64,000 bases of DNA from Candidatus Oleimmundimicrobium sp. (GCF_030651595.1 NZ_JAUSCH010000084.1:1338-65337); one strand, 5' to 3'. Shown: positions 18,848 through 29,196, counted from the stretch's first letter. A program made the numbers and translations. Notes: generated from the letters alone by a model not told the origin.

Positions 18848-19444
18848 GTGTATTATGCGGCCCCGGTTGCAGTTTTAATTGAAGAGTTAACAAAACTACC
18901 GAGCATTGGGCCAAAGTCTGCTCAAAGGCTGGCCTTTTATCTTTTGAAAGTTTCTCCTGAGAGTGCTAAAAATTTGGCTGATGCCATCATAAACGTTAAA
19001 GATAAAGTTGGGTTCTGCAAGATTTGTTTCAATATAACCGAAGAGGATACATGCGAAATGTGTCTTGATTTTGAAAGAGATGATTCATTGCTCTGCATAG
19101 TTGAAGAACCGCAAGATATCGTTGCTTTGGAAAAAACGTGCAGTTTTAAGGGGCGCTATCATGTTTTAGGAGGAGCCATTTCTCCTATAGATGGGATAGG
19201 TCCTGAGGATTTAAAGATACACGAATTACTGAATCGCTTGAAAGACGGAAAGGTTCAAGAGATAGTCGTTGCTACAAATCCTAATATTGAGGGAGAGGCT
19301 ACAGCGATGTATATCGCCAAACTAGTTAAGCCTTTTGGAATTAGAGTTACTAGAATAGCTAGTGGGTTACCTGTTGGAGGAGATTTGGAATATGCGGACG
19401 AGGTTACTTTAAGTAAGGCGTTAGAAGGAAGAAGAGAGATGTGA
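18848..19444 (+). CDS. recR: Recombination protein RecR
   Basis: Zinc finger [16 protein letters not shown]. Toprim region. GTG start. Confidence 0.9.
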   Translation: MYYAAPVAVLIEELTKLPSIGPKSAQRLAFYLLKVSPESAKNLADAIINVKDKVGFCKICFNITEEDTCEMCLDFERDDSLLCIVEEPQDIVALEKTCSFKGRYHVLGGAISPIDGIGPEDLKIHELLNRLKDGKVQEIVVATNPNIEGEATAMYIAKLVKPFGIRVTRIASGLPVGGDLEYADEVTLSKALEGRREM

Positions 19445-19485
19445 ACCAAAAAAACTAAAAACTAACCGTTGACCGCAACAAATCG

Positions 19486-19520
19486 ACCGCTTATTGAAAA
19501 TTAGCGGTTTTTATATTTTA
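19486..19520 (+). terminator. Rho-independent terminator after recR
   Basis: accgct-(11 nt loop)-agcggt followed by TTTTATATTTT. Confidence 0.6.
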
Positions 19521-19582
19521 TTTGAAGTATATTTTTTGGGTATTTTAAAAAACAAAACATGGAAAAGTAAAGAGGTGAAGTA

Positions 19583-20155
19583 GTGGAAAAATGTACTGAG
19601 ATTAGATGGCATGCTCGAGGTGGCCAAGGGGCAGTTACGGCTGCTAAGTTTTTAGCAGAAGTGGCACTTGCCAGCGGAAAAAATATCCAGGCTTTTCCAG
19701 AATACGGCCCGGAAAGAATGGGGGCTCCTATTCAGGCATTTACTAGAATAGCATCTTCCCCGATTACCCTTTATTGTTCTGTAGAAAATCCTGGCATAGT
19801 GGTAGTTTTAGATGAAACTTTATTGGATGTTGTTAAGGTTACCAAGGGTTTATTGGATGATGGCATAATTTTGGTAAATACCAACAATAATCCAGCAGAA
19901 GTAAGAAAAAAATTAGGCATAAAAAGTGGGAAAATTTATACAGTTAACGCAACCGCGATAGCAGTAGATACATTAGGCAAACCAATTCCCAATACTCCAA
20001 TGATTGGCGCGCTCATAAAAGTTACAGATATGGTCCCTCTTGAAGTTATAACTCGTCATTTTGCCGAGTCTTTTAGCAAAAAGTTTAATCAAAAAATTCT
20101 CGAAGGGAATATAGAAGCAATTAAGCAAGCTTATGAGAAGGTGAGGGGCGAATGA
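19583..20155 (+). CDS. porC: 2-oxoacid:ferredoxin oxidoreductase gamma subunit
   Basis: 190 aa, PorG/POR-gamma family. First gene of the four-gene gamma-delta-alpha-beta arrangement. Confidence 0.85.
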   Translation: MEKCTEIRWHARGGQGAVTAAKFLAEVALASGKNIQAFPEYGPERMGAPIQAFTRIASSPITLYCSVENPGIVVVLDETLLDVVKVTKGLLDDGIILVNTNNNPAEVRKKLGIKSGKIYTVNATAIAVDTLGKPIPNTPMIGALIKVTDMVPLEVITRHFAESFSKKFNQKILEGNIEAIKQAYEKVRGE

Positions 20156-20427
20156 AAGATTGGCAAGCAAATAAACTTTTACCTGGCGGAATTATTCCTA
20201 AAAGCGGTACAGCAAAAGAGTATAAAACTGGGGGTTGGCGCTCGAAAGCTCCTAAATGGAATGAAGAAAAATGCAAGCAGTGTTTAATTTGTTGGATATC
20301 GTGTCCTGAGGGTGCAGTATTGGTAAAAGATGGTAAAGTCAGGGGCATAGATATGGATTATTGCAAAGGGTGTGGAATTTGTGCCACGGAGTGTTCTTTT
20401 GATGTGATTAAAATGGTGGAGGGGTAG
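20152..20427 (+). CDS. porD: 2-oxoacid:ferredoxin oxidoreductase delta subunit (two 4Fe-4S ferredoxin motifs)
   Basis: CKQCLICWISCP and CKGCGICATEC motifs. Confidence 0.85.
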   Translation: MKDWQANKLLPGGIIPKSGTAKEYKTGGWRSKAPKWNEEKCKQCLICWISCPEGAVLVKDGKVRGIDMDYCKGCGICATECSFDVIKMVEG

Positions 20428-21645
20428 GTGAAGATTATGAGCAAAAAGAGAATTGTGGCTACAACAGGCAACGGGGCTGTAGCTGAAGCGATGAGGCAGA
20501 TAAATCCAGATGTTCTTAGTATTTATCCCATAACTCCCCAAACTGCCATTGTTGAGGGTTTTTCAAAGTTTGCCGCCAATGGTTTGGTTGATACGGAGTG
20601 TGTGACTGTGGAAAGCGAACATTCATCCATGAGCAACTGCATAGGCGCTTCCGCCGCGGGGGCTCGTGTTATGACGGCAACCTCTTCTCAGGGGTTAGCT
20701 TTGATGCATGAGATGCTCTATATTGCATCCGGGATGCGGCTTCCAATTGCGATGTTTAATGTCAACAGGGCTTTGAGTGCCCCAATTAACATTCACTGTG
20801 ACCACAGTGATAGCATGGGGGCAAGAGATACGAGCTGGATACAAATTTATTCCGAGGATGCTCAGGAAGCGTATGATAATACTATTCAAGCAATACGTAT
20901 TGCTGAAGACAGAAGAGTTTTACTCCCTATAATGGTGAATATGGATGGTTTTATCATAAGCCATGGGATTCAGAAGGCGGAGTTTATTGAAGATAAAGAA
21001 GTTAAAAATTTTGTTGGAGAGTATAAACCACTTATGCCTCTTTTAGATATTGATAATCCTGTAACCTACGGGCCATTTGATGGTCTTGGCGGTTTTTTTA
21101 TGGAACACAAGAAAAATCAAGCCGATGCAATGGAAAGAGCAAAGAGCGTTATTTTAGAAGTGGCTGATGAGTTTGCCAAAGTTTCTGGCAAAAAATACGG
21201 TTTTTTTGAAGAATATATGCTTGACGATGCGGAAGTTGCTATTATTACTTTAAATTCTTCGGCTGGGACTACGAAGCACATGGTAAATGAACTTCGAGCT
21301 AAAGGGCTTCCGGTGGGATTGCTTAAGCTTAGAGTTTTTAGACCCTTTCCTACAGAAGAGCTTGCCAACGCTTTAAAACATTTAAAAGCGGTGGCTGTTC
21401 TGGACAGAGCACTATCTTTTGGGTCAGTCGGTCCACTCTTTAGTGAAGTTAAGGCCACTCTTTTTGATTTAGAGGTTAGACCAAAGGTGATTAACTTTAT
21501 ATACGGTCTGGGAGGAAGAGAGTACACGTTGCATGATGCAAAGAGAGTATTTGATGTACTAATGGATATTGCAAAGACCGGAAAAGTTGAAAAGAATTTT
21601 GATTACCTTGGGCTTAAAGAAGTGGAGGTATTAACATGGAGATAA
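20428..21645 (+). CDS. porA: 2-oxoacid:ferredoxin oxidoreductase alpha subunit
   Basis: 405 aa POR alpha. Confidence 0.85.
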   Translation: MKIMSKKRIVATTGNGAVAEAMRQINPDVLSIYPITPQTAIVEGFSKFAANGLVDTECVTVESEHSSMSNCIGASAAGARVMTATSSQGLALMHEMLYIASGMRLPIAMFNVNRALSAPINIHCDHSDSMGARDTSWIQIYSEDAQEAYDNTIQAIRIAEDRRVLLPIMVNMDGFIISHGIQKAEFIEDKEVKNFVGEYKPLMPLLDIDNPVTYGPFDGLGGFFMEHKKNQADAMERAKSVILEVADEFAKVSGKKYGFFEEYMLDDAEVAIITLNSSAGTTKHMVNELRAKGLPVGLLKLRVFRPFPTEELANALKHLKAVAVLDRALSFGSVGPLFSEVKATLFDLEVRPKVINFIYGLGGREYTLHDAKRVFDVLMDIAKTGKVEKNFDYLGLKEVEVLTWR

Positions 21646-22556
21646 AAGATTTGACGGAAAAGAAAGAAAGACTCACCTCCGGGCATAGGCTCTGTGCCGG
21701 TTGCGGGGCACCAATTGTGGTTAGACAAATTCTTATGGGAACAGACGAACCAGTAGTCGTTGCTTGCGCCACCGGGTGTCTTGAGGTGTCAACCACAATA
21801 TATCCCTCAACTGCATGGGATGTACCATACATTCACTCCGCTTTTGAGAATGCGGGGGCAACAATTGGCGGCGTAGAGGCTGCTTATCGGTCTCTAAAGC
21901 GTCAAGGAAAATTGGATAAAGAGATAAAGTTTATCGCCTTTGGCGGCGACGGCGGGACTTACGATATCGGTTTTCAATCCCTTTCAGGGGTGCTGGAGCG
22001 TGGTCACAATATAGTTTATGTATGCTATGATAACGGCGCTTACATGAACACAGGCATTCAACGTTCAAGCGCAACCCCAAGAGGGGCCTGGACCACTACT
22101 TCTGAGGTAGGAAAGGTTCAACCGGGCAAGAAGCAAAATCGCAAAAATTTGACCGCTTGTGTTGCTGCGCACGATGTTCCTTACGTAGCTCAGGCATCTC
22201 CCGCTTTTTGGAAGGATTTAGTAAGAAAATCAACAAAGGCTTTTGAAGCTGATGGTCCCGCATTCTTAAATGTGATTGCCCCTTGTCCGCGCGGATGGCG
22301 ACATCCTTCCGACCAAACTCTTAGAATAGCAAAACTTGCCGTGGAAACTTGTTTTTGGCCCTTATATGAAGTTGAAAATGGCGAGTGGAAGTTAACCTAT
22401 AAACCCAAAGAGAAAAAGCCCTTAGTTGAATGGTTTAAAACCCAAGGAAGATTCAAGCATCTCTTTAAACCTGAAAATGAGCACCTTCTTGAGGAACTTC
22501 AGGAAAAAGTAGACAAAGATTGGGAGAAACTCCTTAAGCTTTGCGGAGAAGCATAA
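21636..22556 (+). CDS. porB: 2-oxoacid:ferredoxin oxidoreductase beta subunit (TPP-binding)
   Basis: CAGCG and GDG TPP motif (FGGDGGTYDIG). Confidence 0.85.
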   Translation: MEIKDLTEKKERLTSGHRLCAGCGAPIVVRQILMGTDEPVVVACATGCLEVSTTIYPSTAWDVPYIHSAFENAGATIGGVEAAYRSLKRQGKLDKEIKFIAFGGDGGTYDIGFQSLSGVLERGHNIVYVCYDNGAYMNTGIQRSSATPRGAWTTTSEVGKVQPGKKQNRKNLTACVAAHDVPYVAQASPAFWKDLVRKSTKAFEADGPAFLNVIAPCPRGWRHPSDQTLRIAKLAVETCFWPLYEVENGEWKLTYKPKEKKPLVEWFKTQGRFKHLFKPENEHLLEELQEKVDKDWEKLLKLCGEA

Positions 22557-22582
22557 GATATTGTTACATAAAAATGTTAAAC

Positions 22583-22620
22583 AAAACCCCCGTACTAAAT
22601 GCCGGGGGTTTTGTTTATTT
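22583..22620 (+). terminator. Rho-independent terminator after porB
   Basis: aaacccccg-tactaaatgc-cgggggttt followed by a T-run. Confidence 0.7.
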
Positions 22621-22791
22621 AAAAGACAAATTTTGTTGGATAATTAAATTATGCTTAAATTGTAAGAGACTTAAGCTCGTTGCCGATTACCACGCTTTTT
22701 TCAAACATCCAATTAAGTAATTAAGTAAAGTTGTTTTACCTCTTGCAAGTTGTTAGAATAGGATAAATCTTTAAGTAAGGTAGGTTATCTT

Positions 22792-24006
22792 TTGGGTATA
22801 ATTGTTCAGAAATATGGTGGAAGCTCAGTTGCCAATGCCGAGCGAATAAAAAACGTAGCTAAGCGCGTAATTAAAACCAAGAAACAAGGAAACGCCGTAG
22901 TAGTAGTAGTCTCTGCTTTGGGAGATACGACTGATACTCTTTTAAAGATGGCTTACGAGATAACTCCCGCGCCGCCTGAGAGGGAACTCGATATGCTTTT
23001 GGCCACAGGAGAGCAGGTATCGGTAGCGCTTCTCAGTATGGCGATTTACTCTTTAGGATATCAAACCATCTCTCTTACCGGCCAACAAGTTGGTATTGTT
23101 ACAGATGCGGTTCACACTAAAGCAAAAATTTTAGATATCCGCTCCGAGCGCATTTTAAAAGCAATTAAAGAGGATAAAATAGTTATTGTTGCTGGTTTTC
23201 AAGGGGTTACCGTAGATAATAACATAACTACTTTGGGCCGGGGTGGTTCGGACACCACAGCGGTTGCTCTTGCCGCAAAACTTAAGGCGGATATCTGTGA
23301 GATATATACTGATGTTGATGGAGTTTATACTGCTGATCCGCGCATAGTCCCAAACGCTTTTAAAATTTTCAAGTTATCTTTTGATGAGATGTTGGAAATG
23401 GCAGCAACTGGAGCGAAGGTTTTGCAGGCGAGATCCGTGGAGTTTGGCCGAAACCACAATGTTAATATTCACGTTCGCTCAAGTTTTTCAGAGGAGCCGG
23501 GCACGTTGATTAAGGAGGCAGATGAAACTATGGAAAAAGCCATAATAAGTGGGATTACGCACGACATTGATGAAGCTAAAATTACAATTTTGGGTGTTCC
23601 CGATAGACCAGGTATTGCCGCAAAAGTTTTTAGAGTTTTAGCCGATGCTAACGTGAATGTCGATATGATTATTCAAAATGTTAGTGAAAAAGGTTGTACG
23701 GATATATCCTTTACTGTCGTAAAAAACGATTTGGCCAAAGCGAAAGATGTAGTTGATAAAGTAGCTGTTGAGCTTAAAGCAAGAGGCACAGCTTGCGATG
23801 AGGGAATAGCGAAAATCTCCTTAATTGGAGCCGGCATGAGAACTCATCCGGGGGTTGCCGCCGATATGTTCTCGGTTTTGGCTGAGAACAATGTAAACAT
23901 TGAGATGATAAGCACGTCTTCAATTAAGATATCATGTGTTATTAATGAGAAAGATATGAATTTGGCTGTGAAGGCTCTACATGACAAGTTTTGTTCGGGT
24001 AAATAA
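22792..24006 (+). CDS. lysC: Aspartate kinase
   Basis: [11 protein letters not shown]-terminus. Two C-terminal ACT domains. TTG start. Confidence 0.9.
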   Translation: MGIIVQKYGGSSVANAERIKNVAKRVIKTKKQGNAVVVVVSALGDTTDTLLKMAYEITPAPPERELDMLLATGEQVSVALLSMAIYSLGYQTISLTGQQVGIVTDAVHTKAKILDIRSERILKAIKEDKIVIVAGFQGVTVDNNITTLGRGGSDTTAVALAAKLKADICEIYTDVDGVYTADPRIVPNAFKIFKLSFDEMLEMAATGAKVLQARSVEFGRNHNVNIHVRSSFSEEPGTLIKEADETMEKAIISGITHDIDEAKITILGVPDRPGIAAKVFRVLADANVNVDMIIQNVSEKGCTDISFTVVKNDLAKAKDVVDKVAVELKARGTACDEGIAKISLIGAGMRTHPGVAADMFSVLAENNVNIEMISTSSIKISCVINEKDMNLAVKALHDKFCSGK

Positions 24007-24140
24007 TAGATAGCCGATAGCGTATGGCTGATGGCTAAAAACCAGTTAGAAGTCAAAAAAACAGATGGCTATTTTTTAGTTTTTTTATTTACTATTAACT
24101 GTGGACTAACAACTAAGAACTAAACCGGAGGGAAGAAAGA
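24007..24140. repeat. Heptamer-repeat intergenic element downstream of the lysC stop
   Basis: GCCGATA GCGTATG GCTGATG GCTAAAA immediately after the stop, plus an AGTCAAAAA word shared with 18.49 kb. Confidence 0.5.
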
Positions 24141-25157
24141 GTGAAGGAATACAATGTAGCGATAGTTGGAGCCACTGGCGTGGTGGGCGAGGAAATGCGC
24201 AAAGTGCTTGAGCAAAGGGAGTTTCCTGTAAAAGAACTCAAGCTGCTTGCCTCTGCCAGATCGGCGGGACATCGTTTAACTTTTAAGAGAGCAGGCATAA
24301 TTGTTGAGGAGCTGACTAAGGATTCCTTCAAAGGGATTGATATCGCTCTGTTTTCAGCAGGAGGCTCTGTGAGCAAGGAATTTGCTTCTTACGCTGTAAA
24401 AGCGGGGGCAGTTGTCATTGATAACAGCAGCGCATTTCGAATGGATAAAGATGTTCCTTTGATAGTTCCGGAAGTAAATCCGGATGATGTGAAAACCCAC
24501 AAAGGAATTATCGCCAATCCAAATTGTTCCACGATACAGATGGTTGTCGCGCTTAAGCCGCTTTACGATAAATCCAAGATTAAACGAATAGTTGTCTCAA
24601 CATATCAGGCTGTCTCCGGTACGGGCAAAGAGGCCATCGAGGAACTTTTGAGTCAGTCAAAAAAGATAATTTTGGGAGAAAACGAGATAGAGGCAGATGT
24701 CTATCCTCATCAAATAGCTTTTAATCTTCTTCCTCAAATTGATGTCTTTTTGAAAAATGATTACACTAAGGAAGAAATGAAAATGGTCAATGAGACCCAA
24801 AAAATTATGGGCGATCCAAACATTGGGATATCGGCAACGTGTGTCAGAGTTCCCATCCTTATATCTCACTCTGAAGCGGTAAATATTGAAACCGAGAAAA
24901 AGATTTCTTCTTCGGAAGCTAAGGAAATTTTAAAGAATGCTCCCGGGGTTGAAGTTATTGATGAACCCAAAAATTGTGTTTATCCCATGCCCATTTTTGC
25001 TGTGGGCAAGGATGCTTGTTATGTTGGGCGCATTCGTGAGGATGAATCAATTAAAAATGGCCTCAACCTTTGGATTGTATCCGACAATTTGCGTAAGGGA
25101 GCTGCTTTAAATGCTGTCCAGATTGCGGAAATTTTGGTAAAGCGCAAACTTCTTTAA
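24141..25157 (+). CDS. asd: Aspartate-semialdehyde dehydrogenase
   Basis: NVAIVGATGVVG and active-site NCSTI. Confidence 0.9.
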   Translation: MKEYNVAIVGATGVVGEEMRKVLEQREFPVKELKLLASARSAGHRLTFKRAGIIVEELTKDSFKGIDIALFSAGGSVSKEFASYAVKAGAVVIDNSSAFRMDKDVPLIVPEVNPDDVKTHKGIIANPNCSTIQMVVALKPLYDKSKIKRIVVSTYQAVSGTGKEAIEELLSQSKKIILGENEIEADVYPHQIAFNLLPQIDVFLKNDYTKEEMKMVNETQKIMGDPNIGISATCVRVPILISHSEAVNIETEKKISSSEAKEILKNAPGVEVIDEPKNCVYPMPIFAVGKDACYVGRIREDESIKNGLNLWIVSDNLRKGAALNAVQIAEILVKRKLL

Positions 25158-25171
25158 TCTCTCTTTAAGGC

Positions 25172-26089
25172 TTGGTTGATATGCAACATGAAGATAGGTT
25201 TATTTTAGCTGGAAGAGCTGCTCGCTTAGGCATTTATGGCAACTTGGGGCTGGCCTTTATAAAGTTGTTTGCCGGTATTGTTGGTAGAAGCCAGGCCGTT
25301 ATAGCGGATGCGGTTAATACGCTTTCAGATATTATTACGGATGTTGTGACCATTTTGAGTTTGAAGATTGCGAAGAAGCCAATTGACACCAAACACCCAT
25401 ATGGCCACGGTAAAGTGGAAGCAATTTCCGCGTTTCTCGTTGGGTTATTTATTATAGTAACTGGTGTTTTTATTCTTTTCTCCGCAGCTCGTTCAGTCTT
25501 CACCCACTCATATGTAAAACCTGAATTGATAGCGTTACTTGCTGCTTTTTTGACTGTTTTAGCCAAAGAGAGAATGTTCCGTTATGTTTACAAGATAGGC
25601 AGAGAGATAAACAGTCCCGCGGTGATGGCTAAAGCGCGAGACCATCGCTCAGATGTTTTAGCCTCTTTTTCGGTTATAGTTGGTGTAACTGCCGCAAGGT
25701 TGGGTTATCCTATTTTTGATCCCATTGCTGCTGGTCTTGTCTCCTTTTTTATAATTAGAATTGGTTATTTTGCATTATTAAATGCTTCTCGTCAGCTCAT
25801 GGATACCTTACCCGAGGAATCAACTTTAAGAGAGATTACTTTAATTTCTGAGGAAATCAAAGGGGTTGAGCATGTGCATGAGGTTAAAGCGCGTTATGCC
25901 GGCCAATTTTTACTTGTGGACATAAAAGTTGAAGCTGACCCAAAAATTACTGTGGCCAAAGGGCATGATATCGCGGTCGAAGTAAGACGAAGAATAATGA
26001 AAAAAATGGACAATGTTGATGATGTGTTGGTACACATTAATCCATACAGAAAACATTTACCGCACAATCACCCGGGGACCACTGATTAG
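25172..26089 (+). CDS. Cation diffusion facilitator family transporter
   Basis: 6 TM helices plus a C-terminal cytoplasmic domain, CDF-like. Confidence 0.8.
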   Translation: MVDMQHEDRFILAGRAARLGIYGNLGLAFIKLFAGIVGRSQAVIADAVNTLSDIITDVVTILSLKIAKKPIDTKHPYGHGKVEAISAFLVGLFIIVTGVFILFSAARSVFTHSYVKPELIALLAAFLTVLAKERMFRYVYKIGREINSPAVMAKARDHRSDVLASFSVIVGVTAARLGYPIFDPIAAGLVSFFIIRIGYFALLNASRQLMDTLPEESTLREITLISEEIKGVEHVHEVKARYAGQFLLVDIKVEADPKITVAKGHDIAVEVRRRIMKKMDNVDDVLVHINPYRKHLPHNHPGTTD

Positions 26090-26131
26090 TTATTTATTAA
26101 ACGTTAAAGAAGACAAGAGAGGGTTTTTAAA

Positions 26132-26596
26132 ATGTACATTGGGGTTATTGGCTCAGGCCAATGTGATAATAAAACGGCCAAGATTGCTTATGAGATTGGG
26201 AGAAATATAGCCAAAAAAGGCGGCATTTTAATTTGTGGAGGGCTGGGTGGCGTAATGGAAGCTGCTTGTAAAGGAGCTAAAGATGCGAGAGGTTTATCGG
26301 TTGGGATTTTACCTTCTAAAACCAGGAAACACGCAAACCCTTTTATTGACATTGCCATTCCCACCGGTATGTCGGAGGCGCGTAACGCGCTTGTGGTTAG
26401 GGCTTCGGACGCGGTTATAGCTGTGGGAGAAGAGTTTGGCACTCTTTCAGAGATAGGGCTTGCCCTAAAAATGAATAAGCCCGTTGTGGGGATAGGTACT
26501 TGGGAATTGAGCAAAGAAGGAAAGCCAATTGAGTCAATTATTCTTGTTAAAGGTCCCTTTGAGGCGGTTGAAGAGGTTTTTCGCCTTGTTCGCTAA
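26132..26596 (+). CDS. TIGR00725/LOG-like (SLOG Rossmann) family protein
   Basis: MYIGVIGSGQCD...ILICGGLGGVMEAACKGA pattern. Confidence 0.7.
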   Translation: MYIGVIGSGQCDNKTAKIAYEIGRNIAKKGGILICGGLGGVMEAACKGAKDARGLSVGILPSKTRKHANPFIDIAIPTGMSEARNALVVRASDAVIAVGEEFGTLSEIGLALKMNKPVVGIGTWELSKEGKPIESIILVKGPFEAVEEVFRLVR

Positions 26597-26675
26597 AGAT
26601 CGGTTGTTCTTTTTACTTTGGTTTACTGTGAATTATTTTCAGACCATTTCTCCGATGGTATAATAAGGCTGGGTT

Positions 26676-27176
26676 TTGAAGGGCATCTTTGTGGTTGGAA
26701 GGAAATATATGAGAACAAGTGTAGATGTTCACAATGTTCTTAGCGAGAAGAATATTCCTTACGAAATCATTCCTATTTCTTGCTCAATATCATCTGCCGG
26801 GAGGATGGCGGAGGTTTTAAACCTTTCTCCCTTCGAAGTTGTTAAGTCCATTCTTTTTATGACCGATGGTGAGCCAATATTGGCAATTTTATCTAGCGAA
26901 AAAAAGATTTCTTACAAGAAACTGAAAAAGGCCACTCTTATTTCAAACTTACGGCTTGCTACTCTTCAAGAACTTATAGATATTACAGGTTACATGCCTG
27001 GCGCGACTCCACCTGTTGCTCACAAAGTCTCGATACGCACGGTTATAGATGATGATTTAAAAACGCAAAATGTCATTTATACTAGCGCGGGCGAACTGAA
27101 CGCTGTTCTTAAAATGAAGGTTTTTGATTTAAAAAAAATAACATGTGCCAAGGTTTATGATTTAACAAAAGATTAG
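26676..27176 (+). CDS. YbaK/ProX-like aminoacyl-tRNA deacylase domain protein
   Basis: 166 aa with YbaK-like topology (my reading; no diagnostic motif checked). Confidence 0.55.
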   Translation: MKGIFVVGRKYMRTSVDVHNVLSEKNIPYEIIPISCSISSAGRMAEVLNLSPFEVVKSILFMTDGEPILAILSSEKKISYKKLKKATLISNLRLATLQELIDITGYMPGATPPVAHKVSIRTVIDDDLKTQNVIYTSAGELNAVLKMKVFDLKKITCAKVYDLTKD

Positions 27177-27274
27177 GGTTTTGGAAGTTTCAAGGGAACT
27201 AATATTTTTTTGAACTCGTCATAGCAATATGATGTTATGGTTTATGTAGAAAGCAAAAACATTGAGGATATATT

Positions 27275-29053
27275 ATGGAACCCATAAAAATTATAGAGAG
27301 CTATCCTGACAAATGTAAAGAGTGTTATAGCTGTATTCGCTCATGTCCCGTTAAGAGTATAAAGATAAGCAATGGTTGCGTTGAGGTTCTGGACGAAACA
27401 TGTATATATTGTGGTGAATGCGTAATAGTTTGTTCTCAAGGAGCGTTGGTATATAAAGACAGTATTCAACGCGCATATCGTATTGCCAACAAAAAAAAGA
27501 AAGCTGTTGCAATTTTATCTCCCGAATGCCTGGCCGCTTTCCCCTCAATTGGTTCAACTGAAATTGCTGCCGGGCTCATAAAACTTGGCTTTGATGCCAT
27601 TGAAGGGACTATCTTGGGGGAAGAACTTGTGGCCGCGGAATATAAGAAGATTTTGAGTCAAGCTGAAGATTTTCCAATGATTCGCTCCACGTGTCCTGTT
27701 GTTACAAACTTAATAGAAAAATATTTTCCTAATCTTATCCCATATCTTGCCCCTGTTGTGTCGCCAATGATTGCCCAAGGCCGTCTTTGTAAAGAGTTAT
27801 ATGAAGGGGCTTATACAGTCTATGTAACCTCGTGTGTTGCTCAAAAGGCCGAAGCAATGGATGAACCCATCGCAGACGCTATTGATACAGTGATAACATT
27901 CTCCGAGCTCAAGAAGATGTTTGAAGATGCGGAGATTGATCTTAAATTATTATCCGAGGCGAAATTGGAGCCGGTTGAGCGCGTTTTGCGGGTGGATTCC
28001 TTGCCAGGGGGATTGCCTCGACAATTTATGGCTAAAATGAGCACAATCAACCGTAACCTTAAGACAGCAAGGGGTGTGCAGGAAACGCATGCTTTAGCGG
28101 AGGCTTTAAACGAGGGTGAGATTCGAGCAAATTTTGTGGATGTTTTAAATTGTAAGGGTTGTATTGATGGGCCGGTGATGAGGAATGGTTTAGCTAACGG
28201 GAGAAGCTTATATCTTTTAAAGAATCAAATACAGCAAAGTTATAGAAGAGAGAGAAAAAAGATGGGGTGGGTTAACCCATCTGAGATACTCCCTAATTTA
28301 CCAAAAATAAATTTGAGGAGAACTTTTACCGATAAAACAATTCCCTTGGTTTCTCCCGCAAAAGAAGAACTGAAAAAATTACTGGCGGAGGCGGATATTT
28401 TTACTCCTGAAGATGAGCTTAACTGTGGTGCTTGTGGATACAAAACATGTGTTAAAAATGCAAGCGCCATATATCAAGGGGTCACTAACTGGAGCACATG
28501 TTTCCCGTATCAAAAAAAACTCATGGTTCAAATAAAAGAAAACGCGGAAAAAATATCCATGGTTGACGCAGTTACCGGGTTGCTCAATCATTATGGATTT
28601 ACTCGTACTCTTAAAAAAGAAGCAAAAAGAGCTCATCGGTATGGCTCGGCACTTTCAATCATAGTTCTTGACATCGATCGGTTTAAATTAATAAACGATA
28701 CCTATGGTCATGTAAGAGGAGATGAGGTTCTAAAATCTGTAGCAAAAATATTATGTAGCAATTTGCGTGAAACGGATTTTGTTGCTCGTCAAGGAGGAGA
28801 TGAATTTACAGTAATTTTGCCACAGATTGAAAAAACGGAAGCTTTCGCGGTTGCGGAAAAGCTACGTTGCAAAACCGAAAATTTTAATTTTATATTTGAG
28901 AAAAAACGCATTCCTATAACCTTAAGTCTCGGAGTTGCTTCTCTTCCCCAAGGGGAAAAAGATCCCTTGTTTTTATTTGATATGGCGGATAAAGCCATGT
29001 ACCAAGCTAAAAAAACCGGACGCAACAAAACATGTATCGCTAAAGATATTTAG
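27275..29053 (+). CDS. Sensory [FeFe]-hydrogenase-like (HydS-type) protein fused to a GGDEF diguanylate cyclase domain
   Basis: Two 4Fe-4S motifs (CKECYSCIRSCP, CIYCGECVIVCS). H-cluster motifs STCPV, TSCVAQKAE and NCKGCIDGP. Cx2Cx4Cx16C (CGACGYKTC-16-C). GGDEF with I-site RETD and A-site GGDEF. Confidence 0.75.
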   Translation: MEPIKIIESYPDKCKECYSCIRSCPVKSIKISNGCVEVLDETCIYCGECVIVCSQGALVYKDSIQRAYRIANKKKKAVAILSPECLAAFPSIGSTEIAAGLIKLGFDAIEGTILGEELVAAEYKKILSQAEDFPMIRSTCPVVTNLIEKYFPNLIPYLAPVVSPMIAQGRLCKELYEGAYTVYVTSCVAQKAEAMDEPIADAIDTVITFSELKKMFEDAEIDLKLLSEAKLEPVERVLRVDSLPGGLPRQFMAKMSTINRNLKTARGVQETHALAEALNEGEIRANFVDVLNCKGCIDGPVMRNGLANGRSLYLLKNQIQQSYRRERKKMGWVNPSEILPNLPKINLRRTFTDKTIPLVSPAKEELKKLLAEADIFTPEDELNCGACGYKTCVKNASAIYQGVTNWSTCFPYQKKLMVQIKENAEKISMVDAVTGLLNHYGFTRTLKKEAKRAHRYGSALSIIVLDIDRFKLINDTYGHVRGDEVLKSVAKILCSNLRETDFVARQGGDEFTVILPQIEKTEAFAVAEKLRCKTENFNFIFEKKRIPITLSLGVASLPQGEKDPLFLFDMADKAMYQAKKTGRNKTCIAKDI

Positions 29054-29196
29054 TGATAGTGGGTGGCATATGGCTGATAGCAGATGGCGAATAGCATATG
29101 GCTGATGCTTGCCCGCCGCTGGTGGGGCTCTAATGGCAGATGGCAAATAGGTAAATGAAACTCTCCACTCCCGACTAACAGAATTAAACTGGAAGG
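29054..29196. repeat. Heptamer-repeat intergenic element downstream of the HydS-GGDEF stop
   Basis: GCATATG GCTGATA GCAGATG GCGAATA GCATATG GCTGATG, then a GC-rich segment tgcccgccgctggtgggg, then GCAGATG GCAAATA. Confidence 0.6.

Noticed and set aside
22621-22791. Expected a lysine riboswitch (L-box) ahead of lysC
   Set aside because: The spacer is only about 170 nt and lacks recognisable L-box conserved segments. No call made.
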